Positions 32,790-43,400 of a stretch of DNA of 64,000 nt are shown piece by piece. The first letter of the stretch is position 1. Every line of letters begins with the position of its first letter. A program made the translations under genes and the position numbers. The notes beneath the pieces were generated by a model that did no database searches, had not been told where the DNA came from, and worked only from the letters and a program-made list of their open reading frames with translations. The stretch comes from a virus. Lineage: Duplodnaviria; Heunggongvirae; Uroviricota; Caudoviricetes. The DNA lies in the IMG/VR virus record IMGVR_UViG_3300045988_147305; one strand, written 5' to 3'.

Positions 32790-33027
32790 AATTATGCCTC
32801 ACTGTATTGACAACACAGAGCCTGAAGCTCTGACCTACTGTTTCACCCATGATCCATGCTGGGGTAATCTAACAACATTGCGCTGTGTGTAAGATGAGCA
32901 ATGCATAGCTGTAATGCCGTTGTATAAGGTTTCCCTGTTTGCTCATTTCCTTCTGAGCCGCTCTACAACGCTGAAGACACATTAAATAGTGAATCCAAAG
33001 TCGTATTACGAAACGGCGGCAAAACTA

Positions 33028-33127
33028 TAATTTATTAGAGCAATTGTCAAACAACTATGAAAAACAATCCAGTTTTTGGCTGGTGGAGTGGGATTTTTCT
33101 CTCAAAATTTATTGCTCTAATAATTCT
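33028..33127. promoter_or_regulatory. pair of C1 operators in opposite orientation (33028-33044 minus; 33111-33127 plus) left of loxP
   Basis: TAATTTATTAGAGCAAT and ATTGCTCTAATAATTCT. Confidence 0.6.
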
Positions 33128-33168
33128 TGATTTTTATGCGCAGCTGGACGTAAACTCCTCTTCAGACC

Positions 33169-33202
33169 TAATAACTTCGTATAGCATACATTATACGAAG
33201 TT
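33169..33202 (+). other. loxP site
   Basis: Exact ATAACTTCGTATA-GCATACAT-TATACGAAGTTAT. Confidence 0.98.
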
Positions 33203-33276
33203 ATCTTAAGGGTTATTGAACATGATCAATTTACCTGTAAATCCATACAGTTCAATACCTTATCAGGTCAAATAGT

Positions 33277-33296
33277 GATCACTTGATCATTTGATC
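33277..33296. promoter_or_regulatory. cluster of three Dam GATC sites between loxP and cre
   Basis: GTGATCACTTGATCATTTGATCAA; Dam regulation of a cre promoter in P1 is recalled. Confidence 0.5.
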
Positions 33297-33393
33297 AAGG
33301 TTGCGCTACGTAAAATCTGTGAAATGTTGGCAGTGTTAGTGCTCCAGATTTCGCGTAGCGCACTTAGCACCACCAATCAATCAGAGGTGAAAA

Positions 33394-33615
33394 ATGGGAT
33401 ATTCAGCTGCTAAAGTGTCCACTCATATTGAGCTTGAGAAAAACCGTGGTTACTGGCGGGCAAAAGGGTTTGATCGTGATAGTTGTCAACTGTCATTATC
33501 GCGCGGTGAAGAGAAAATAGAACGCACGCGCGGTCGCTGGCGTTTCTATGACGAGAACCATAAACAGGTAAAGGCAGAGCCGATCCTGTACACTTTACTT
33601 AAAACCATTATCTGA
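33394..33615 (+). CDS. small basic ORF (73 aa) between loxP and cre
   Basis: Good RBS GAGGTG; not a P1 gene I recall. Confidence 0.3.
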   Translation: MGYSAAKVSTHIELEKNRGYWRAKGFDRDSCQLSLSRGEEKIERTRGRWRFYDENHKQVKAEPILYTLLKTII

Positions 33616-33622
33616 GTGTTAA

Positions 33623-34654
33623 ATGTCCAATTTACTGACCGTACACCAAAATTTGCCTGCATTACCGGTCGATGCAACGAGTGATGAGGTTCGCAAGAAC
33701 CTGATGGACATGTTCAGGGATCGCCAGGCGTTTTCTGAGCATACCTGGAAAATGCTTCTGTCCGTTTGCCGATCGTGGGCGGCATGGTGCAAGTTGAATA
33801 ACCGGAAATGGTTTCCCGCAGAACCTGAAGATGTTCGCGATTATCTTCTATATCTTCAGGCGCGCGGTCTGGCAGTGAAAACTATCCAGCAACATTTGGG
33901 CCAGCTAAATATGCTTCATCGTCGGTCCGGGCTGCCACGACCAAGTGACAGCAATGCTGTTTCACTGGTCATGCGACGGATCCGAAAAGAAAACGTTGAT
34001 GCCGGTGAGCGTGCAAAACAGGCGCTGGCGTTCGAACGCACTGATTTCGACCAGGTTCGTTCACTCATGGAAAATAGCGATCGCTGCCAGGATATACGTA
34101 ATCTGGCATTTCTGGGGATTGCTTATAACACCCTGTTACGTATAGCCGAAATTTCTAGGATCAGAGTTAAAGATATCTCACGTACTGACGGTGGGAGAAT
34201 GTTAATCCATATTGGCAGAACGAAAACGCTGGTTAGCACCGCTGGTGTAGAGAAGGCACTTAGTCTGGGGGTAACTAAACTGGTTGAGCGATGGATTTCT
34301 GTCTCTGGTGTGGCTGATGATCCGAATAACTACTTGTTTTGCCGTGTCAGAAAAAATGGTGTTGCCGCGCCATCTGCCACCAGCCAGCTATCAACTCGCG
34401 CCCTGGAAGGGATTTTTGAAGCAACTCACCGATTGATTTACGGGGCTAAGGATGACTCTGGCCAGAGGTACCTGGCCTGGTCTGGACACAGTGCCCGTGT
34501 CGGAGCCGCGCGAGATATGGCCCGCGCCGGAGTTTCAATACCGGAGATCATGCAAGCTGGTGGCTGGACCAACGTAAATATTGTCATGAACTACATTCGT
34601 AACCTGGATAGTGAAACGGGGGCAATGGTGCGCCTGCTGGAAGATGGCGATTAG
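33623..34654 (+). CDS. cre: Cre tyrosine recombinase
   Basis: 343 aa beginning MSNLLTVHQNLPALPVDATSDEVRKNLMDMFRDRQAFSEHTWKMLLSVCRSWAAWCKLNN; catalytic region ...GHSARVGAARDMARAG...W.... Confidence 0.98.
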   Translation: MSNLLTVHQNLPALPVDATSDEVRKNLMDMFRDRQAFSEHTWKMLLSVCRSWAAWCKLNNRKWFPAEPEDVRDYLLYLQARGLAVKTIQQHLGQLNMLHRRSGLPRPSDSNAVSLVMRRIRKENVDAGERAKQALAFERTDFDQVRSLMENSDRCQDIRNLAFLGIAYNTLLRIAEISRIRVKDISRTDGGRMLIHIGRTKTLVSTAGVEKALSLGVTKLVERWISVSGVADDPNNYLFCRVRKNGVAAPSATSQLSTRALEGIFEATHRLIYGAKDDSGQRYLAWSGHSARVGAARDMARAGVSIPEIMQAGGWTNVNIVMNYIRNLDSETGAMVRLLEDGD

Positions 34655-34671
34655 CCGTTCATTTGCGCAAG

Positions 34672-34688
34672 ATTGCTCTAATTATTTG
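34672..34688 (+). promoter_or_regulatory. C1 operator downstream of cre (ATTGCTCTAATTATTTG)
   Basis: 14/17 match to consensus. Confidence 0.55.
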
Positions 34689-34704
34689 ATATTTATGGTG
34701 ACAC

Positions 34705-35016
34705 ATGCGGAAGGATTTCAAAATAGACGGAAAATATGTGGTGCTGTCTGTAAGCTCTCAAATTCAGTCACCATCTGTCATTGTCACCGTAAAGTTGAGC
34801 GATAGGATGCCTGATATCGACTCGATATCTGTTGCGTTCCCCGTTAAAAGCATGCGGAGTGCTGAACATTTTGTGATGAATGCAACGGAGGAGGAAGCGC
34901 GGCGCGGGCTTACTAGAGTGATGGCGGAATTTGGCGAACTCCTGGGTAAGGTAAACAATGCCCTTTCAATCAGTTCAGCAAGATCCAAAGCGTTAACAGC
35001 TTCCATGATGAAATAA
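34705..35016 (+). CDS. cra: cre-associated small protein, 103 aa
   Basis: Synteny; a bidirectional terminator hairpin follows at 35021-35041. Confidence 0.45.
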   Translation: MRKDFKIDGKYVVLSVSSQIQSPSVIVTVKLSDRMPDIDSISVAFPVKSMRSAEHFVMNATEEEARRGLTRVMAEFGELLGKVNNALSISSARSKALTASMMK

Positions 35017-35147
35017 AAAAAGCCTGGCAAGGAGCCAGGCTGCACAAAAGAGCGGGTTTGTATTCCGCATCCAATCAATCAAGAAGGAGTATAGCACACA
35101 GGTACTGAAGTGAAAAAATGTGATTCGCGATTAACAAAATATCTACC

Positions 35148-35177
35148 ATTGCTCTAATTGATTGCTATAATTAAGCC
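35148..35177 (+). promoter_or_regulatory. tandem overlapping C1 operators upstream of ref
   Basis: ATTGCTCTAATTGATTG and ATTGCTATAATTAAGCC. Confidence 0.6.
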
Positions 35178-35263
35178 GCAGTTTTTGTCAACTACGAAGA
35201 CGTTGCCATTACTTAACTCCTTGACATCATTGGCGGCCATTAGGCCGCCTTTTTTTTTGCCAT

Positions 35264-35824
35264 ATGAAAACAATCGAACAAAAACTTGAACAGCGCCGCG
35301 AGTGGCAGAAGGCAGCCAGAGAACGAGCGATCGCTCGGCAACGGGAAAAGTTGGCTGACCCCGCCTGGCGAGAATCGCAATATCAGAAAATGCGGGATTC
35401 TATCGACCGCCGTATCGCTAAACAGAAAGAGCGCCCACCAGCCAGCAAAACGCGGAAAAGTGCGGTAAAGATAAAATCTCGTGGCTTGAAGGGGCGAACA
35501 TCGACAGCGGAGGAACGGAGCATCGCCAATGCTCTTGGCGCTCTCCCCTGCATTGCCTGCTACATGCATGGAGTAATATCTGAAGAGGTATCTCTGCACC
35601 ATATCTCCGGTCGTACCGCGCCGGGTTGTCACAAAAAGCAATTGCCCCTTTGTAGATGGCACCACCAGCATGCAGCACCGGCTGAAGTAAGAGAAAAATA
35701 CCCCTGGCTGGTCCCTGTTCATGCCGATGGTGTGGTTGGAGGCAAGAAAGAATTCACCTTGCTGAACAAGTCAGAGATGGAGTTGCTGGCTGACGCCTAT
35801 GAGATGGCAAACATCATGCACTAA
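35264..35824 (+). CDS. ref: Ref HNH endonuclease (recombination enhancement function)
   Basis: 186 aa; basic N-terminus; HNH region CIACYMHGVISEEVSLHHISGR...CRWHHQH. Confidence 0.8.
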   Translation: MKTIEQKLEQRREWQKAARERAIARQREKLADPAWRESQYQKMRDSIDRRIAKQKERPPASKTRKSAVKIKSRGLKGRTSTAEERSIANALGALPCIACYMHGVISEEVSLHHISGRTAPGCHKKQLPLCRWHHQHAAPAEVREKYPWLVPVHADGVVGGKKEFTLLNKSEMELLADAYEMANIMH

Positions 35825-36013
35825 TAAATATATTATTTTTAACCTGAAATAATTGACAACTGACAAGTGACTTCAGTCAGAATCATCACATGCCCGGTAC
35901 GGATGGATCCCTTTTCAAATATTCCATGGACGGCACAGTCTGAGTACCGGGCGCTACCTTCAGTTGTATTGCTAAGCCGCCGCTGGTGGCTTTTCTTTTT
36001 TGTAGGGGGCGCT

Positions 36014-36655
36014 ATGGATAAGAAAATATGCGTTGTTTCGATGAGCGTCGGCAAACCGGCGTCAATGACTGCCGCATGGATCAACAATGAGCTAATAATG
36101 GCTGAGCGGACCAGCTACCCTGAACGCCGCCGCGATATGGAACTCCAGCTGCTGCGCGAATTGCGAGAAAAAGAGGAAAAGGGTTTTATCGTGCTGGTGG
36201 AAGAGGAAAACAGCTTTATTACTGGTCGAGTTGGCCAGCGTGTAAGGTTGCGCGATCCCTTCATGAACGGCAGGCCGGTACTGATTGAAGCAATGCAGAT
36301 TTACAAGGAGCTGGAACGCCAGAAAGCGATCAAGTTACCGCGCAAGGAATCCGGCAAATACATCCTCCACCAAAGCATCTTCGATTCCGAACACGATAAA
36401 AAAGGCGATGAATTTTTCAACATCAACTGGAGTGAAATAACGACAGAGCATGTTCTGACGTTACTATGTTGCTTTGCGACGGAATACAACAACGTTGCCA
36501 GCGCCGACTACATCAGGGCAATGGCTGGAGAAGTTGAGGCCCGCCAGGAACCATCGTTACTAAGCCCTCTGATTAACATAATTCGCGGAACCCAAACACT
36601 GGCGCAAAAACAAGTACCACGAGGGGAATTGACGGGTAAAGGTAATTATCTCTGA
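36014..36655 (+). CDS. mat: Mat-like protein (particle maturation), ~213 aa
   Basis: Synteny after ref; ATG 36014 with RBS AGGGGG, in frame within track ORF 35867..36655. Confidence 0.5.
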   Translation: MDKKICVVSMSVGKPASMTAAWINNELIMAERTSYPERRRDMELQLLRELREKEEKGFIVLVEEENSFITGRVGQRVRLRDPFMNGRPVLIEAMQIYKELERQKAIKLPRKESGKYILHQSIFDSEHDKKGDEFFNINWSEITTEHVLTLLCCFATEYNNVASADYIRAMAGEVEARQEPSLLSPLINIIRGTQTLAQKQVPRGELTGKGNYL

Positions 36656-36694
36656 AAGATGCCCGGCGACAGACCGGGCAAAAGGGCGGAAAGT

Positions 36695-36943
36695 TTAATC
36701 AGCATTCAGGAGCAATGCGTTATCTATGATGATCTGCTCCCATTCTTCGAATGCCCGATCGCGGACGCCCTGGGGAACACTGTTAGTTTTGAAATCGACG
36801 ACCGTACGCCATTTCCCGTCCGGACGGTACATGCGCAGAGCTTTACTTCCCCCTTCCCTGCGCACCTCAACGTTATGCTTGTCAGCAAACTCTTGTAATG
36901 CTCGTAGCGTCCCATGCTTTACTGTGTAGTATCGCTTTTTCAA
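36695..36943 (-). CDS. lxc: Lxc-like protein, 82 aa
   Basis: Synteny upstream of ulx-darB on the minus strand. Confidence 0.5.
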   Translation of the reverse strand: MKKRYYTVKHGTLRALQEFADKHNVEVRREGGSKALRMYRPDGKWRTVVDFKTNSVPQGVRDRAFEEWEQIIIDNALLLNAD

Positions 36944-37380
36944 GTTTTCTCTCCAGCCTGTGCCAAGGCTTCAACTTCCAAATCGTAAGACTCAAACTCA
37001 TAGTCCTGGTCGTCAACTTCTTCAGGCACTGGCAGTAAATGCCAGGCTGAGTATATCTGACCATTATCAAAACGCTCCTGGCTGTAGAGCGTCGCGGCTA
37101 TGAGTGTTAGCGCCGGGCGGTCATAACGGTAAATTTTGCGAACGTCACGGTCAACGAGACGACCGAAATTACCATAACCGCGCTCCAGTAATAATTTTTT
37201 AATTTCCGGCCAGTATGGACCATAGCTGCGGTACAGGCGGGGATTTTTCAGTAATCGCCTGCGTAGCCCTGACAGGAAGAAATCAACGTATTCGTCTTCT
37301 GTCTTTCCTAACAACGCTGTACGGAGTACCGCCTCAAGATATGTTTTATTCGGTTTTATTGTATCAGATAGTGTGGCCAT
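36940..37380 (-). CDS. ulx: Ulx-like protein, 146 aa (Dar antirestriction operon)
   Basis: Coupled between darB and lxc. Confidence 0.5.
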   Translation of the reverse strand: MATLSDTIKPNKTYLEAVLRTALLGKTEDEYVDFFLSGLRRRLLKNPRLYRSYGPYWPEIKKLLLERGYGNFGRLVDRDVRKIYRYDRPALTLIAATLYSQERFDNGQIYSAWHLLPVPEEVDDQDYEFESYDLEVEALAQAGEKT

Positions 37381-37413
37381 ATTATGCGACGCCCGGCGAA
37401 CCGGGCGCTCCTG

Positions 37414-40400
37414 TTATGCGTATTGTTGGATGACGGCCAGAACGTCCGCCACGTTGTGTTTTGTCTCGATAATCCACCAGTTACCCGGGAAATCGCTGTT
37501 CTTCGCCTTCGCTGGCAGCCAGCGAGCGCCGAATTTCGCCTTGATTGCGTCTTTCGCACGGAAAAGAACGCCTTTCATGCCTGAGGCTTCCTGAAGCCCA
37601 AATACCTCGCCAGCGGCGAATTTTGGTGCGTACATCATCTTCAGGTCGGCGGTGGATACGCGATAATTCAGACCAAGAGACTGAGCTATGCTGGTGGCAT
37701 CACCCTGTATTGATGATAACTCTTCTTGTTTCTCGTTTCTGGCGGCAATCTCTTCCTCCGTGATGTTGCCAAGGGCCAGGTTTATCCGATCAGCGTCGGC
37801 CTGTTTCTCTTCATCGGTGCGCCCGGCAAGAACCGTGTTAATTCTCTGCAATATCTCCACATGATTCTTGCGCATGCTGAGCAATTCCGGCGTAACCTCG
37901 TTAAGATCCACCATCCCAAGGATGGCAAGGTCGGAAAACATTGATACCAGGTTGTAGGTCATGCGATAGCTGAGTTGACCATAGGCTGATGGCAACTTCA
38001 CCGCATCCATTTGATAGGCATCCATAAATTTAGAGCCGTCGTTTACGACATCCGCTATTGCAGGTGTGATTTTCCCTGTGGTGGCGGCCTCCCTGATTGC
38101 TGTTACCCACGATTGAGTCAGCGCGGCGACTGCATGATTCAGATTGGCTTCCCGTTCTGCTGCGATGCGCGCGCTTGCTGCGTCCATTGCCTGCTTGATC
38201 TCGGCTTTATTGCTGTAAATGCCAATGGTGCCAAACTGTGCTGTGGTGATCTCATAATCTGACGCCCGGAACTCATGGGTACCGAAAATAGCATTGGTGA
38301 CTTCAAGTTCAGAATCCCCGTTACGAGTAGCCCCCTGGCTTGTTTTTTCCGGCATTCTGGCGATCGCATCCGCTATTTTCTCCTGAATTGCTTCAGGGGA
38401 TAGCGTATCTCCGTATGACGCGATTACATCGCCATAATTGGAGCCAAACAATTCAACCAGGAATGTTTCTGCCGAACGGATCTGGCGGTTATTCCCTTCC
38501 GACATCATACCAAGCACCCATTTTGCAATTGACGACTTCAGCGCGCCGTCACGGCGATCCGGGTAAACCGCATGCTTCAGTGGGGCCGTATAAGAACCAA
38601 CAAAATCAATGCTATAGCCTGACTCTGTAGTCTGAACGCCGTATGAGTCAGTGATTTTGATCATACCGCGCTGCTGGAAACGGTAGAAATCGTCACAGGA
38701 AATGATGTCGTTAATCCCGGCGATGGAGACGCCACCACTGATTTTCTGCATAACAGCATCTTCATCGGGAGTTACATCAACCTGTTTATCCAGCGTCTTC
38801 ACATCCCAGTTACCCGATTTGGTGCCTTTGAAGGTAAAGATGATCTCCACGTCTGCGCGCTGGCTGTCGAAGTCCAGCGACTTAATGCGAACGATATCAC
38901 CGGCACAATCATAGTATTGGCCTACACGCCATGAGCGATCGCCGATAACAAGGAACTCATTCGCATGGTTAACCAGATCAGGATCAACATCCAGAATGCC
39001 TTTATTTATTGCATCCTCCACCAGCGGGCGCAGGCGTTTGATATCCGTCGCGGCCTTCTGAGTACGGTTCAATAATTTCTCATAGCGGGAGATGGCCTGA
39101 GAGATATTAGCCTTGCGCTGAATGGCGCTTTTCAACGACGCGCGATACTGTGCTAACAACATACGGTCTGTGTGATGGACGCTACCCCAGCGGGCTTTCC
39201 AGTCTGCGTTATCCGCTGCTTTGGCCATTACCGCCTGTTTGAATTTGGCGACGTCGGCGGTGGTCTTTTCAAGTTCCGCTTTGCTTCGCTCCAATTCAGC
39301 GGTAAGTACCTCCACATCCTCACCAGCTGCGTGCTGCGCCTTGATGTAGTTCTGAAGGTCGATAGTAGCCTGTTCTTTCTGGCGAGCGCGTTTCGCAGCT
39401 TTCGCCTTATCCATTTGAACCTGCATCATTGCCAGACGTTCGCCGTCATCCTTCGCGGTATACATCTGCATTTCGATCATGTCATTGGCGTCGGCGTTCT
39501 CCATTTCTGACTTATCTGAACGGAGGATATCGGAGATCCAGCCTGCTTTACGCTTCAGCGTCTTCAGTCGGTATTCATCGAAAGACCCCTTGCCGCAGTA
39601 GTAGTGAACGCGAACGCTTGCACGGTTGGAGCCAACTCGTGCACCGCGACCGTTACGTTGTGCGATACTGGCTGGTGTCCACGGCAACGTCAGGTGGTGG
39701 ATATCCGTCGTTCCTCGATGCAGGTTGATACCCACCTCTGCCTTTTTGTTGCAGATGATGATCGGAGTCCGGCCCTCCTGGAAGTCGGCTGCAATCTTTT
39801 CCAGACCGCCCAACGACATTTCATTTTGCTGCGCGATATAGGCGTCATACAGAGCCATTTGCTCGTTGTATTTCGCTATCTGTGCATCTGTTGGTTCATC
39901 CGGTAGCTCTTTCGGCGGTTTAACCGCTTTCAGTTTCTTACCGGTTTTACCTGCCTCGGCAACCGTCTGAGCATTCAGGATCCCCACCTTTGAAGGTTCA
40001 AGGTTAAGAGCATTGCAGATAATGCGCTTGAGCTTCTGGTGTTGCGTTTTTTCATCGGTGAAGATGATTTGCTTACCTTCCGGGAAAAACTCCTTCAGCG
40101 TGGCAATCAGCTTCGCGTATTTGGGCGTAACGGGGTGAGTTACGGTCTGTTCGTCAATGCCAAACCTGGCCAGGCGCTTATTCACTTCCTGCTCGAACGC
40201 TTCCGGAACCTGCAACTGAATAAACTCGCCCTTATCTATCAGGGAGTATTGCGATTGCTGCGTGATTGAATCATCACTGTCGTCGTCTTCGCTGGTGGCT
40301 TGTTTAGGCAAACTGTCCGCCAGCTGCTGCACCGCATCGGCGTACTCCGGCAGGAAACGATAGGTGATCCGGCGATAGTACAGGTCCATGTCAGTACATA

Positions 40401-43400
40401 CGCGGTCCATATCCCTGATTATTGAGAAGATCGGACGGGCTTTCTCGTGCTCAATCACGCCGTCTTCATTGACCGAGGTCGTTACGCCATTGTTGGCTTT
40501 GGCTGCCGCTTCCGCCTGCTGACGCAATTCTTCATACGCCGCCAGTTGTTCTTCCGTAAGTGGTGCATCCTGCTGGTGTTCGTCCAGTTCCGGGATCTCC
40601 ACGGTATCCTTAACGTCTTCCGCCGTTTTAAGCGTTGTCCAGCGATGGAATATGCCGCGCAGCGCATCAAGGTTTTCAAAGCCCACCAGCGCCATTTTTT
40701 CTTCAACTTCACCGCTGATTTTCTGTACCGTTTCCAGCCTGGTCTTGCCGAAGAATTTAACGAAGTCATCAGGACCGTAGATCCCCATCTTCTGCCAGTA
40801 TTCTTTCGGCAGAACATGAGAAAGCATGTTGTATGCATCGATCGGGGTGTTAACGACTGGCGTTGCAGTCAGGAGAACCGGTCCGCGCCCGCCATTCTTT
40901 TTCATCAGGTACGCGTTTTTGATTGCCATATCTCGCGCCGATTGCGCCACCGCGCTGGTGGGCAGATAGGCCAGCTGTGACGCTTCGCGACCATTTTTAT
41001 AGCTATTGCGGTAGTTGTGGCCTTCGTCGGCGATCACGCTGTCGAAGCCCATATCCTCAAAGTACGGATACTTCTCTGCTTTTTCGGTACCGGTATCTGA
41101 ATACTCCGACAATACCCGGCGACGCGCCGCCTCTTTGCGATGGGAATCGGAATCCATTGCGCCGGCCACACGTCCGGCAGCAACGAAGTCATAAAGCATG
41201 TCTTGTGCATGCTCATCTACGGTGTCATCACGTAGCGGAATGCGGGCGTATTGTTCTTTGGTAAACACGACTGCACGGTAATTTGAGTGCGGGATCGCAT
41301 TCATCCGCGCCGTGATAGTGGCTTCATCTGCCAGCTTAAGAGCATCACGCATAACTGGAGTGCCATCAGTACCAAGAACAGGTTTACCGTTCTCATCGAG
41401 CACCGGCACCTGGCGAATCTGATCGCCATCCATCAGCACATCAAGACCGACGAACAAATAGTTACTGAATGCCTCTTCACTCAGGAATTCTTTAGCTTCG
41501 TAATACCAATTTTCCAGCACTGATTTAGGCACTACATACGCAGTACGGGTGGAGCGACCGTTCTCATAGTTGAACGCCTCAAGCGCCAGCGCGGTCGTAG
41601 TTTTACCCAGCCCAGTGCCGAAGCCCAGGATGCCGCGCCCATCTTCGGACAGTCGGCGCACTTCGCTATTCTGGTAATCAAATGGCTGGCGCTTACCGCT
41701 TAATCCCTTCAACCCAAGCGGATCGCCAGAGTGTTCATACGGGATATTGCTATTGAACACATCGTTGTATTTGGCAACCAGTTCATCGTAGCGATCGTGC
41801 GTCTTGATCCACTTATTGAACTGGTCCTCAAGCAGTGCCATCTGCTCGCGGTAGCCGTTCGCCGTCGCGCTATCTTTGCCACCGATACGCGCACCATTGA
41901 GATACTTTTCCAGCTGTGCCGGGAACCCGGTCGCGTTTTCACCTGATTTACGATCCCACTCGTAGCGGATCTCGCCTGTTTCTTTATCCTTGCGCTGGAC
42001 GACACCGTATCGGTGCCCGACGAACAGACCATCACCACCGTGATAGGTGTCAGAAACCATTTCGTCGCCTTCCAGCTGCACTGACTGCACATAGCGAAGA
42101 TCCGGATAGCCGTTTTCCTGCAAAAATTCCAGAATGACGGAACGGTCGAACCAACGGCTATTGAGCTTAAAGCGGATATTCTCTGCTGGCGTCTTGATGC
42201 GCTTCTCTTCGATCGCTGCCAGCTGATTAAGGACGTTGTTCTTTACTGGACCGTCGGGGAGTGTGGCAAGGAATTCCTGTTTTGGTGCCACTATCTCGTT
42301 AATGTCGCCGCTGGTGGCGCGGGCGAACGGAACAATCCCGCCATACGGTGAAACCGCAATGCCAGGGGTGCTGGCCAATAAATTAAGCAACTCGTCATCA
42401 CTGGCTGGCAGTTCGCCGGTAAACGCAAGGCGGAAATCATCGAGCTGGATTGGATCGCGAGTGAGATCACTGTAGAGATAACGCAGGGTGTCCTGATAGC
42501 TGGTGGAGTCATAACTGGCGCTGGAATCATGCGTAACCAGTTTTCCTGTCAGCTCGTCAGAAATAGTGCCATCCAGCTTAATTGCACCACGGAAAGCAAA
42601 CCAGGCGCGCGCACCGCTCCCCGATAATTTCGCTATCGGACCGCGACCGGGGTTACCAAAACGGTCAATCTCTGCCTGCAAACGGGATACCAGAGAAAGG
42701 CGCTGCTGTTCGATTTGTTCAGCACTATGCCCGGCGGCCTTCATGTCCTGATATTCAATTAACATCCGGCCAATCATCGCCCCGCGATACAAGCGTTCAC
42801 GGTATTTTTCAGGCTGGCTGTTAATCCAGTCCACCAGCTGCACCATATCGTCGCTGATTGATGTGGTGTACTTATCGCGGACATTTGCCATCTGGGTAAA
42901 TGTCATACCGAGACGGCCTTCTGTTGTAGTCAGGTTACGCTGAAGAGCCTCCCAGCTGTCCGCGCCATAACTGGCAACATCAATCTTCAGCTCCTTCCCT
43001 GCATCAGATTCAATCCAGCGACCACCAGCATATTTTTGCCATACGCCATTAATCAGGCGCATTTCCCCTTCATCAACAACGTCTGCGGTCGGTGACGGTT
43101 CAGCCATATTGAGCAAAGACCAGTCGATACGACTTTCGAAACGATGAATCAGCTTCGCTTTAAGAGCCTGGTTATCAATCTGCCCGTCGGCACGAACCTC
43201 AATACGCCCCTGGAATCCCTTCTCCTGGGTGCCATGAACAAACCGGCGACCGTCCTTTTCAAACCACTTGCCAGAAATAAACGTTGGCCAAAGCACATTT
43301 GCCGATTCAAGAGTGCCTTCATCCACCAGGGGGATTTTCTCAGCCATCTCCGCCGGATGTTTGCGCATCAGCACCACGTCAACGACCGTACTGGTCCCGT

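Noticed and set aside
36659-36898. Plus-strand 79-aa ORF overlapping the lxc-like gene
   Set aside because: Fully antisense to a gene with better context (coupled to ulx-darB); no RBS.
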